From assembly GCA_027451365.1 (NCBI GenBank), contig DAIDJN010000063.1, forward strand, positions 1 to 64,000: a stretch of DNA of 64,000 nucleotides, in the 5' to 3' direction. This DNA is from Phycisphaerales bacterium. GTDB lineage: Bacteria > Planctomycetota > Phycisphaerae > WQYP01. The notes beneath the pieces were generated by a model that worked only from the letters and a program-made list of their open reading frames with translations, was not told where the DNA came from and searched no databases. Shown one piece after another: positions 20,422 to 29,211 of the stretch; position 1 is the first letter of the stretch; the number at the start of each line of letters is the position of its first letter. Made by a program: the position numbers and the translations under genes.

Positions 20422-20521
20422 CCTTGACTCGCCGGATACGTGACTCCTCATACGGAAGCTGAATTGAATTACCCGAAAATGCCCGGAATTCTTAAGAATA
20501 CGAAGTTGTCTGACGCCCACC

Positions 20522-20647
20522 CGGCATTGTGTGCCGAGCGAGGGAAGAGTTTTTTTCATAAGTTCTTGGAATTGGAGAACAGAGTATGCGTACTGGATTA
20601 ACCTTCAAGATTGGCATTACTGCGATGGCGCTGGCTGCCACGGCGGC
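20522..20647 (+). repeat. 126-bp direct repeat copy 2 (leader plus signal peptide cassette)
   Basis: Matches 16570-16695. Confidence 0.95.
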
Positions 20648-21425
20648 CTTGGGCGGCATGGCCGTACCGGCGGCGCAGGCTACGCTAATCCATCAGTACA
20701 CTTTCAATGATGGCACGGCCAACGACAGCGTCGGCGGTGCCAACGGAACGCTGGTTGGCGGGGCTACCATAACCAACGGCCAGCTTGATCTGAACGGGAG
20801 CAATACCCAATACGTAAGCCTGCCCGCGGCGACCATCGACATCAGCTCTTACACTGCGGTATCATTTTCCATCTGGTTTACTGCGCCGACCACGCCGGCG
20901 GTCAATAGTCAACTTTTTGCGTTTGGCGGCGACTACAGCGGAAACGGTTACGGCTATATTATTGCCAACCCGAACAGCGGGGGAAGCTCCCCTGACTATA
21001 GAACCGCAATCAGTGCTGGTCCGACCGGAACGCCAGGATGGCAGTACGGCGAAACATCCATCAACGGTGGATTGACGAGTACGATTGTCGGCAATGGCCA
21101 GCATCAAATTGTGGTCACCGACAACAATAGCACGCTGAGCATTTACCTGGACGGAACGTTAAAAACAAGCGCCAGCATTCCGTCGAAGAACCTCCTTTCC
21201 GGTCTCTCCGACTCTCTGGCGTATATCGGAAAGTCAGTTTATTCAAGCGACCCTGGCTTCGCCGGATCAATTAACGAGTTTGATATTTACAATAACGCAC
21301 TGAGTGCCACGGATGTGGCGAATGCCTACGCGGCCGGTCCTGTCCCCACCCCCGAACCAGCGACCATTGGTCTGCTGGCAATCGGGGCAATCGGGCTACT
21401 GCTGCTTAAACGGAAGACGGCCTGA
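20586..21425 (+). CDS. PEP-CTERM protein with LamG-like jelly-roll domain
   Basis: LIHQYTFNDGTANDSVG...HQIVVT...IYLDG...YIGKS..FAGSINEFDIYNNALSA (LamG pattern); C-terminal TPEPATIGLLAIGAIGLLLLKRKTA. Confidence 0.9.
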   Translation: MRTGLTFKIGITAMALAATAALGGMAVPAAQATLIHQYTFNDGTANDSVGGANGTLVGGATITNGQLDLNGSNTQYVSLPAATIDISSYTAVSFSIWFTAPTTPAVNSQLFAFGGDYSGNGYGYIIANPNSGGSSPDYRTAISAGPTGTPGWQYGETSINGGLTSTIVGNGQHQIVVTDNNSTLSIYLDGTLKTSASIPSKNLLSGLSDSLAYIGKSVYSSDPGFAGSINEFDIYNNALSATDVANAYAAGPVPTPEPATIGLLAIGAIGLLLLKRKTA

Positions 21426-21501
21426 AAACCGGTCTGGCACCGCTGGAATAAATGCCGATTCCATTTCAGCGGGCCGCAATATGAACATGCCTCCCCACTG
21501 G

Positions 21502-21540
21502 CCGCCGGAGCTACCGCAAGGATACTCCGGCGGTTTTTTT
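21502..21540 (+). terminator. Intrinsic terminator
   Basis: CCGCCGGAG...CTCCGGCGG stem plus 7 T; resembles the terminator at 17664. Confidence 0.75.
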
Positions 21541-21665
21541 ATTGTGGTAAAAGGATTGCCTTGGAGTGCGCGAAAACAGAGCGTCCCGATATGCCGCATC
21601 ATTCGGCATTTGGGAATTTCGCCCTCTGGCTCAACAGACTTCGGAACAAGGAAACGCTGGAGTAC

Positions 21666-21690
21666 GGCGGGCAAGATGCCCGCCCCCCAG
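21666..21690. repeat. REP-like palindrome
   Basis: GGCGGGCAAGATGCCCGCCCCCCAG, near reverse complement of the element at 8033-8057. Confidence 0.55.
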
Positions 21691-21842
21691 ATTATTGCAA
21701 GCGAGCGGGGGCAAGATACAGCAGTACAACGCGGTGGGGAGTTTTTTCCAGCGGCATTCTCTGCGGTCTGGATGGCTGGGCCACGCCATTTGAATCCCGG
21801 TAAATTATTATTTGGTTCTGGCGTAACGATCGTCACTGGTCT

Positions 21843-22041
21843 TACGCAAAATCTTTTTTCTGTATTTGGTTATTAAACGTATATTGTCTCCTGCTTTCGA
21901 CATGGCGGGATGTAGAGCAAAAGTGCCGGATTGAATGCCCCTCTGCATCGCGTCAGGCCAAGTGTCAGCGGGCGGGCGAATCGCCCGTTCGAAATGGCGT
22001 AATTTGTCATAAATATGTTATTGTTCTGCGTTTTTTGTCTC
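21843..22041 (+). promoter_or_regulatory. Shared operator/promoter motif, copy 4 plus an extra half-site pair (upstream of prepilin-like gene)
   Basis: TACGCAAAATC (21843), AACGTATATTGTCTC (21876)-N20-TGTAGAGC (21911); second pair GGCGTAATTTGTCAT (21996) and TGCGTTTTTTGTCTC (22027), 31 bp apart. Confidence 0.55.
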
Positions 22042-22240
22042 TATCATTCCTGTCTTAACACCTGTTACCATATTGAGAGGTCACCGATCGGGACCTTAGG
22101 CATCCAACTGCACGCAGAGCGTGGCTGGAACCGGCCTGTTTGCCGGTAATGCGGCGATATTAGTGAATACGAATAACCGGCGTTTGACTACCCCAAGCCG
22201 CCCGATCTGGCCGATAAAATATTTTGCGGAGGATGTTATC

Positions 22241-23146
22241 ATGTGCACGTACCATCATCGCCCGGCTTTACGTTCTGGAAATGCGCCGATTCATTACCCG
22301 ATGGCCCCGGTGGCCCTGGCGGCTGGCAGGTACCGCCGGCGTGGGTTCACACTTATCGAATTGCTGGTAGTGATAAGCATTATCGGTCTGCTGATATCGC
22401 TGCTGCTGCCGGCATTGGCGACTGCGCAAAAGGTGGCCCGCACGACTCTGTGTGCATCCAATATGCGGCAACTGGCTATTGGCGAGACTGAATACGCATC
22501 TGAATATGCTGGTTCAGGAACACCATTCTGTACGGATGGTGGCGCAAACGACATAGACTGGACATGGTCCACGCATTTCTGGGAATCATTGCTGATGCCG
22601 ATGGTAAACAATCAGGCCAAGGTATTTGTCTGCCCGCAGCTTATTATTGATGGCAACGTACAAACCAATTATTGGCGAGCCAATTTCAGTCCGCTGACCC
22701 ATCCTTTTCGCAGTGTCATGATTAATGCCTATCTTTCATCGGTGCTTCAGCCCGATGGTCAAAGCGTATCCGCCCTCGCCAATGGCGGCTGGGGAACGGT
22801 GCCCCAGGCATTCCCGCTTTCATCCGTCCAAGGACCAGCTTCGGTACCATATATTGCAGAACTTTCAGCCGCGTGGCCGAATCAGATTGCAGGCTGGCCA
22901 TATGGACGAAGCGGCGAAACCTATTTTAGCTCTACCGCAAACCTGCAGTGGAACCATTTTATCATGGCCACCGGGGGCCAGTTTATCGGCTGGCAAAACA
23001 GACTCTATCCGGACACCAGCGGCGTGGACAACATCGCATTTGTTGATGGCCATGTGGATTCTGTCAAAATCACCATGACTTCCAGTTCAAATGGCAGGAA
23101 CGTGCAGTATGTCCCCAGTGAATATCTGCGGTATACCCCCGAATAA
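22241..23146 (+). CDS. Prepilin-type N-terminal cleavage/methylation domain protein (DUF1559/H-X9-DG-CTERM-like)
   Basis: [42 protein letters not shown]-terminal [16 protein letters not shown]. Confidence 0.9.
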   Translation: MCTYHHRPALRSGNAPIHYPMAPVALAAGRYRRRGFTLIELLVVISIIGLLISLLLPALATAQKVARTTLCASNMRQLAIGETEYASEYAGSGTPFCTDGGANDIDWTWSTHFWESLLMPMVNNQAKVFVCPQLIIDGNVQTNYWRANFSPLTHPFRSVMINAYLSSVLQPDGQSVSALANGGWGTVPQAFPLSSVQGPASVPYIAELSAAWPNQIAGWPYGRSGETYFSSTANLQWNHFIMATGGQFIGWQNRLYPDTSGVDNIAFVDGHVDSVKITMTSSSNGRNVQYVPSEYLRYTPE

Positions 23147-23260
23147 TAACTTCCACCATGGCACGGACGCGCATTGGCTGCCGCTGATTTCCGGTTCAAC
23201 GCAACAGAATCCCATCGGTCGGCGAACGCCCCCTGGAATGATGGAGAAATTGGTTCAATT

Positions 23261-23776
23261 ATGTTTGATAAAGTTGTATACACACTTAATGCCCGCTTCG
23301 GCAATGCCCGCAACGCGATACTGCTTGCCATTGCGGTTTTCCTGCTGCTGGCCATTTTGGTATTGCACAGCCTTTTCTCTGCGTCCCGCAGTGTTCCAAC
23401 CGGGCAACAATATGATTACTCCACCGATAACGGGCGCACTTTCTTCAGCAGTTCCACCATCCACATTCCGCCATTTCGGCACAATGGGAAAAAGACTTTC
23501 CAGGTTGGTGTTTTCGTGAACAGCAAAGGACAGCCATTTGTCGCGTATGTTTTTAAATATACGCCTACAGGTCAGGGCATTCTGCAGGGGTTGCCGAAAA
23601 TCGACGGCCAGACCGTTGACAACAGCCAAATGCGGCAGGACGCGGCCAAACATTGCCTCGTACGCCGCCCGGGCGGCAAAACCTGGGTTCGCTGGAATTC
23701 ACCGGCCGGACAGAAAATTGTCAACGGACCGCATTTGGCCAACGGAAAACCCGCGCTGCCATATGGCGGTAACTGA
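23261..23776 (+). CDS. Hypothetical single-TM membrane-anchored protein
   Basis: One hydrophobic helix (AILLAIAVFLLLAILVL), then YSTDNGRTFF..PPF..GK; follows the prepilin-like gene. Confidence 0.65.
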   Translation: MFDKVVYTLNARFGNARNAILLAIAVFLLLAILVLHSLFSASRSVPTGQQYDYSTDNGRTFFSSSTIHIPPFRHNGKKTFQVGVFVNSKGQPFVAYVFKYTPTGQGILQGLPKIDGQTVDNSQMRQDAAKHCLVRRPGGKTWVRWNSPAGQKIVNGPHLANGKPALPYGGN

Positions 23777-23945
23777 CGCCTGAAATATTCATCGGTTCGC
23801 CATTATGCCCAACGCAGGCGGGCTTTGGTATGGACAGCCACGGCTGGTTTCGGCAGGCTCCTAAGGGCCGCTTCGCAGGGGTGCGGTGGCACCGACAAGG
23901 GCGATTTTTAATGTTGCACAACAACAGCCGCGCGGGGGGGGCGGA

Positions 23946-25058
23946 TCAGGCGGGCTGGCCGCCGCCATACGGCCCGGTGCTTTGTCCAGTGATCAGCCTT
24001 GTGCGAAGCATCATGTGCACGGGAGGCAGGTCTTTCTGAACAATCCGCTGAATAAGCCGGGTAACCGCAACCAGGCCCATTTCCTCGAAGGGGCCGTCAA
24101 TGGTGGTGAGTTTGGGCAGACCGAGGGGCGGTTCAAAGTTGTCAAATCCACAGATGGATAAATCCCGCGGGGCCGAAAGGTTGTGGCGGGCAAGTTGCGT
24201 CATGATTTGATAACCTATGTAATCATTCATACATATCCATGCGGTAACGCCATTCTTGCGAATCTGCCGGGCGACATGGTCAGCCAGAAGCGGAATGCGA
24301 ATATTCAGATCAGCCGGGGCATCAGGCAATGTGGCATTGGCAGGATCATAAACCATGCCGCGTTCCATAAGGTTCTGCACATAGCCGGCGAACCTGGCCG
24401 TATAAGAGGGCTGATCGTACAGTGAATCAATCAGGCCAATTTTACGATGGCCGAGTTCCAGCAGATGATCAAACAGCAGACTCATGGAACCGAGATTGTC
24501 CTCGGTTACGCAGTCGGTCGTGGTACAGTCGGAATAGCGTTCAAAATTAATACAGGGCATCACGTTGGCCAGCGAATGAACCACCGCCGAAGTGGGTTGA
24601 TTCACCAGCAGAGCGCCGGAAACAAATGCATCACGTACCACCTGTGGATGCCCCCCGGCGGAGGCCAGTAAATCAAATTCAGCCGATGAAAGAAATTCGA
24701 CATGCAGCGAAGCCCGATTGGCACGGGCACCGCGTGACATACCCTGTATCAGGCGCAATGCCACAAGGTTGTGAACGGAATTGGGATTGATCGAACCACG
24801 GCATATTGCCGCCAGCGGAACCAGGCCTTGAACAGATTTTATGGCGGCATCGGATGAGGATGCGGTGCTCGCGGTCGACCGCGAACCGGGCAGACGACCG
24901 CGTCCTGCCGGGTTTACTTTATAGCCGAACCGCACGGCCGCCTCGCCAACCCGCGCCCGGGTCTCCGGGCTTATAGCCGGGTGATTCCGCAAAGACCTGC
25001 TAACGGTGGCCACAGAAATATTAAGTGCTTCGGCAATTGTAAGCTGGCTTACAGTCAT
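23946..25058 (-). CDS. LacI family transcriptional regulator
   Basis: TIAEALNISVATVSRSL HTH, LLELGHRKIG, ICMND, PRDLSICGFDN, LTTI. Confidence 0.9.
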   Translation of the reverse strand: MTVSQLTIAEALNISVATVSRSLRNHPAISPETRARVGEAAVRFGYKVNPAGRGRLPGSRSTASTASSSDAAIKSVQGLVPLAAICRGSINPNSVHNLVALRLIQGMSRGARANRASLHVEFLSSAEFDLLASAGGHPQVVRDAFVSGALLVNQPTSAVVHSLANVMPCINFERYSDCTTTDCVTEDNLGSMSLLFDHLLELGHRKIGLIDSLYDQPSYTARFAGYVQNLMERGMVYDPANATLPDAPADLNIRIPLLADHVARQIRKNGVTAWICMNDYIGYQIMTQLARHNLSAPRDLSICGFDNFEPPLGLPKLTTIDGPFEEMGLVAVTRLIQRIVQKDLPPVHMMLRTRLITGQSTGPYGGGQPA

Positions 25059-25213
25059 GCAAATAATGGTAGCAATAACGCGGAATCGGGGCAATGCAAA
25101 ACGGCGATATTTTAATAATTTTGTTAAAAATGCCAGAAATTATTCATTTTTCAGCACAAAAACATGCCTTGCAGGAGATTCAACGCCATATTCATTAAAG
25201 GTAATATTTACGT

Positions 25214-25231
25214 ATTGCATTTAAATGCAAT
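25214..25231. promoter_or_regulatory. Perfect 18-bp palindrome upstream of the LacI gene
   Basis: ATTGCATTTAAATGCAAT. Confidence 0.45.
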
Positions 25232-25422
25232 TTCAGGCCTTCGTCTGCCCAGATAGGGCAGGCGAAGGACCGCAGAGCCATCATCATGCATCACGCCCAA
25301 AAAAAGGACCAGCCCATCGGAAACCGGCGGACTGGTCCTTTAAGGAAAACATTTTGCAATTTCAGCCATTTGGCTTGTGCTCTGTCAGGCCTCCAACCGG
25401 AGATTGACAGAGTACTCACACA

Positions 25423-25716
25423 TCAATGCTTGTCGCCACGGATGGCGATACGCAATTGGCCGATCGCTTCATTGGTAAGCTTCAGTGCGGCAACACGGTG
25501 GCCATGAAAATCGTGGGCACCTTTCATAAGCTGTTTTCGCGCGAACATCAGGCCGTGCATGGCGCGAAACAGAAATGGATGACGTTCATGGTGCGCGGCC
25601 GCAACCTGGGCGGCGGCCGGGCCAGACGACCCGGTGGCCAGAACGGCCGTTAAAATTCCAGCGCTGACCACGCCACCAAGAATGAAGCTAACCACGGGTT
25701 TGGCGATATTTTTCAT
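25423..25716 (-). CDS. Small secreted His-rich helical protein
   Basis: AGGAG SD, signal peptide, HHERHP..RAM..L..A...L..GAHDFHGHRVAAL..T.EAI.QL. Confidence 0.7.
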   Translation of the reverse strand: MKNIAKPVVSFILGGVVSAGILTAVLATGSSGPAAAQVAAAHHERHPFLFRAMHGLMFARKQLMKGAHDFHGHRVAALKLTNEAIGQLRIAIRGDKH

Positions 25717-26421
25717 AGAAATACTCCTCTGCTGAAAGACAGACATTGTGCGAACGGGAAATTCCGTTCGCCACCCGACAACAAGTCGGCAATCGGGACA
25801 GCTCCCGGAAAGCGGTCGCCGATCAAGCCGAACTGTAGAGCAACATGCTCTGAAAACTATCACGCGCACCGCAAGGAAAAGTTGCAGAGACGTAAATATT
25901 GGGATACAAATGTGAATACGAAAAGACCTGAACTTCCGGCCGATAGGCTTGGGCGGGATGTCGGCTAATCTTCCAATAGATAGAATGCTAAAAAGACAGC
26001 GGTGGCGAATCTCGTTCATTTATGTCATAAGTCATTGTGGCATAACCAGTTACCCATAAGCTTGTGTCCATTTTCCGCCGCGACATGAATTGCGTTATTC
26101 GGAGATATTAAACCGGATGTCTTTTAGATGACCACATTCGGATCGCATCGCTGCAATAACCAGTTACGTGCATTGCGGTCCGAAAATTTTGGCTGGCGTT
26201 TGGGGTTCTGTGGCGATTGCAGAGCAGAATTGAAGGCGGGCCATGAGTTTGCGGGCTTAGCCCAATGGGCGGGATGGGATCAAAACAAAGAACGACCTGT
26301 ATTCCGCGACGGATATTTTGACAAAGGTGTCGGACAACGCGATGCGGTGGCATTTGGCGCGGCGAAGCCGGATAATTGTCGGTCAGGAACCGAATTCAGG
26401 TTTTCGCTCAGGAGTACGGAA

Positions 26422-27951
26422 TTGAAATTTGCCAAACATTCAGCCGCGGCTTTCTGCATTGCCATGATAAGTATATGCGGCACATCGTCACCTGCGGCTG
26501 TCGCGGCGCATTCCGCCGAAACAATAAGGCCGATCCACCTGACTGCAACGCTGGAAATGTCGCCTGTCCGAGCGCGCATCAGCCGGTCATTCATGGGGCT
26601 ATCCATTGAATGGGGACTGGTGGATCGGCTGTTGACCAGAAAGTATGGCCGCCAGAAAACGATGATACGACTTTTGAATATGCTGGGGCGGGAAAACGGC
26701 CCGCCGGTCCTGCGCATAGGTGGCAATTCACAGGATGAAGCGGCGTTCGATCTTTCGGGCGACCGGGGGCTGCCGAAGTTTGTGCACATTAATATTTCCC
26801 CCCGCACACTGGAGCGCCTGGCGGAGGTTTCAAAAGCCACAGGCTGCCAGCTTATCATTGGTCTGAATCTGGCGGTGAACAGGCCCGCGCTGGCGGTTAA
26901 ACTGGTGCGCGAATGCCGGAAAATCATCGGGGACAAACACATACTGGCGTATGAGATCGGCAATGAACCGGATTTTTTCAGGCGATTTGGCGGCATCTGG
27001 AAAAAGGATAATTTCAAGCTTTATCTGCGCCGCTGGAACCGTTATGACCGGGCGATAAATGCGTTGCTTGCGGCGGGGCGGCCACACATTGAGGGTCCGG
27101 CCTTCGGCGGCGGTTGGAACCGACAGATTCCGAATTTTATAAAACGATTGCATCAGAAACTCAACGTGGTAGGCCTGCACCGGTACGCGCTGGGCGCGCC
27201 GGTGAAAAATCCTGAATCTCCGGAGTTCGCGAGCATTCCGAATCTGTTAAAGAATTCATCGGCAAAGGGGTTTGTGCGTCTGGTGGGGCCAATCATGCGA
27301 ACAGCCGCGGTGTATCACCTTCCCGTGCGGTATACGGAAATGAATTCGGCGTGGGGCGGCGGGAAATTGGGCGTATCCGATACATTCGCATCGGCATTGT
27401 GGTGCACCGACACACTTTTTGAAATTGCCAACGCGGGTTTAACGGGAGTTAATATTCATCTATCCGAAGGGCTGGACCAGTTTGGCGGCTACTACGGACC
27501 GGTCTATTTCAAGCGGCATCAGCCGCTGCGCGTGCGGCCGATGTTTTATGGAATGCTGCTGTTTGCCAACGCCATTGCCGGGCGATCGGAACTAATAAAT
27601 GTCCATATAAAACAAGGCCAACAATGGGAAGGCGAAGTGAATATCTGGGCGGTTCGGGCGGGCAAGCATACCGTGCGGGTTGTCATCATCAATAAAAATA
27701 TGAAACGAAAGTGTCTGGTTAGAATTGATGCCCGCGGTGCCAGAACCATTACTGAATACCGTCTTTGGTCGCCGGCCATGAATTCGGTTTACGGCCTGCG
27801 ACTGCGCGGCCAGAGTTTTGATGGCGGCAAGAATGGGCGCCTGACCGGTCAGCGAAGCGTCTCCCGACCGGTTCAATGGACAGACACGAGTGAATTAATG
27901 GCGCCGCCACACTCGATTGCGGTCTATATTTTTCACAGCCAGACTGATTAG
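26422..27951 (+). CDS. GH79 family glycoside hydrolase (beta-glucuronidase/heparanase-like)
   Basis: LRIGGNSQD, YEIGNEPD, YTEMNS, GVSDTFASALW, RPMFYGML; TTG start after AGGAG; signal peptide. Confidence 0.85.
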   Translation: MKFAKHSAAAFCIAMISICGTSSPAAVAAHSAETIRPIHLTATLEMSPVRARISRSFMGLSIEWGLVDRLLTRKYGRQKTMIRLLNMLGRENGPPVLRIGGNSQDEAAFDLSGDRGLPKFVHINISPRTLERLAEVSKATGCQLIIGLNLAVNRPALAVKLVRECRKIIGDKHILAYEIGNEPDFFRRFGGIWKKDNFKLYLRRWNRYDRAINALLAAGRPHIEGPAFGGGWNRQIPNFIKRLHQKLNVVGLHRYALGAPVKNPESPEFASIPNLLKNSSAKGFVRLVGPIMRTAAVYHLPVRYTEMNSAWGGGKLGVSDTFASALWCTDTLFEIANAGLTGVNIHLSEGLDQFGGYYGPVYFKRHQPLRVRPMFYGMLLFANAIAGRSELINVHIKQGQQWEGEVNIWAVRAGKHTVRVVIINKNMKRKCLVRIDARGARTITEYRLWSPAMNSVYGLRLRGQSFDGGKNGRLTGQRSVSRPVQWTDTSELMAPPHSIAVYIFHSQTD

Positions 27952-28015
27952 CCGGATTGGCGGGCCGCTAATGGCAGTGTGGTGGGCCGCGGCGGATGGT
28001 GCCAGGACGCGTTTT

Positions 28016-28921
28016 TCAGCGTGAGACCACAAGCTCGCGCGCTGAAGATTTACACAGGCTTGAAAGCGTATGTTCGGCGGCGCGCAGTTCACGGCCAGCC
28101 TTCCAGGCCGTGCACCAGGTGCAGAGGAGGCGCGTACCGGGTGGCCGGAGCCAGACGAGTTCACCAGCTTCGACCTCGCGGCGGGCGATCCAACTCGCCA
28201 GAAGACTCACGCCGAGGCCAAGTTTAACCAACTCCTTGATCGCCTCCATGGAACCGAGTTCTGTGAATTGTCCCAGGGGCGAGCCATTGCGGGCGAGATA
28301 ATTATTGACAATATGAAAGGTGACGCTTTGCCGGGAATAAAGCACGTAATGCTGGCGTGCCAATTCCGCTTTATCGACTTTTTTCGCCCGCGCCCAGGGG
28401 TGGAGCGGGTTTACCAGAAACCCAAGTTCATCCTCCAGCAGCGGCTCATAGGTAAGCTGACGGGATTTTGGTCCGCATAAAAGAATGGCCAGATCTATCT
28501 GGCTTTCTGCGAGCAATTGACCAGCCTGCGGTGAATCGGCGGGCGTAATGGCCAGAGTCCAGGCTGGATAACTTTCGGAAAACTCGCGTACGGCGGCGGG
28601 AAGAATGAACTGACAGGCGGTGGCCGGCGCGCCGATGCGGATGCGGCCAATATCCGGTCGAGCCGCGGTGGCGACAGCATCCTTCATTTCAGCGATGGCG
28701 GTGAATACCCGCTGCGACTCACTTAGCAGAACCTGCCCAGGCTGGGTAAGGGTAATGGTGCGGCCGGCGCGCAGAAAAAGCGGGCATCCGACCTGCTTTT
28801 CCAGGGCTGCGATCTGATGGCTGACCGCAGACTGGGTCAGCCGCAAAGATTGTGCAGCCCGCGTAAAGCTTAGTTGTTGTGCAACGGCCTGAAATATCCG
28901 GAGCTGGTGCACATCATCCAT
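28016..28921 (-). CDS. LysR family transcriptional regulator
   Basis: SFTRAAQSLRLTQSAVSHQIAALEKQVG.PLF.R, GSMEAIKELVKLGLGVS. Confidence 0.93.
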   Translation of the reverse strand: MDDVHQLRIFQAVAQQLSFTRAAQSLRLTQSAVSHQIAALEKQVGCPLFLRAGRTITLTQPGQVLLSESQRVFTAIAEMKDAVATAARPDIGRIRIGAPATACQFILPAAVREFSESYPAWTLAITPADSPQAGQLLAESQIDLAILLCGPKSRQLTYEPLLEDELGFLVNPLHPWARAKKVDKAELARQHYVLYSRQSVTFHIVNNYLARNGSPLGQFTELGSMEAIKELVKLGLGVSLLASWIARREVEAGELVWLRPPGTRLLCTWCTAWKAGRELRAAEHTLSSLCKSSARELVVSR

Positions 28922-28930
28922 GCATCACCT

Positions 28931-28976
28931 ATGACCAATATTCATCCAAACAAGTTTATCCATGATTTTGATTTAT
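28931..28976. promoter_or_regulatory. LysR T-N11-A boxes
   Basis: ATGA-N7-TCAT at 28931-28945 and degenerate ATGA-N7-TTAT at 28962-28976, next to the LysR start. Confidence 0.55.
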
Positions 28977-29108
28977 AGTACAGAATCTGCCAGAATGCAA
29001 GCGTCGGCAATGAACAGCGGCCAAGCGAGATTCAACGCCAAATGCAAGCCCCGCAGACAAAGGGCCGCAACACGCGGAGCATGGTGGAAAAGGGCCGCGA
29101 CCGCAGGG

Positions 29109-29123
29109 TGGCACAAGATTTGC
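29109..29123 (+). promoter_or_regulatory. sigma54 (-24/-12) promoter of nitrate assimilation operon
   Basis: TGGCAC-AAGAT-TTGC with exact GG-N10-GC spacing, ~90 bp upstream of 29212. Confidence 0.7.
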
Positions 29124-29211
29124 CGCCGGATGGGAATCAGACCCGGTTTCGGTAGCCGGAAGCCAAGTGTGTGCGGCAACTGCCGGGTTCTGATTGTAAA
29201 AGGAAAAAGCC

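Noticed and set aside
16570..20647. 126-bp repeats as DGR TR/VR or IS ends
   Set aside because: They are direct repeats covering leader and signal peptide, the mismatches are not confined to adenines, and no RT or transposase is present.
28908..28924. TGCA-N9-TGCA as an NtrC site
   Set aside because: Only the outer bases match and it overlaps the LysR start codon; too weak to call.
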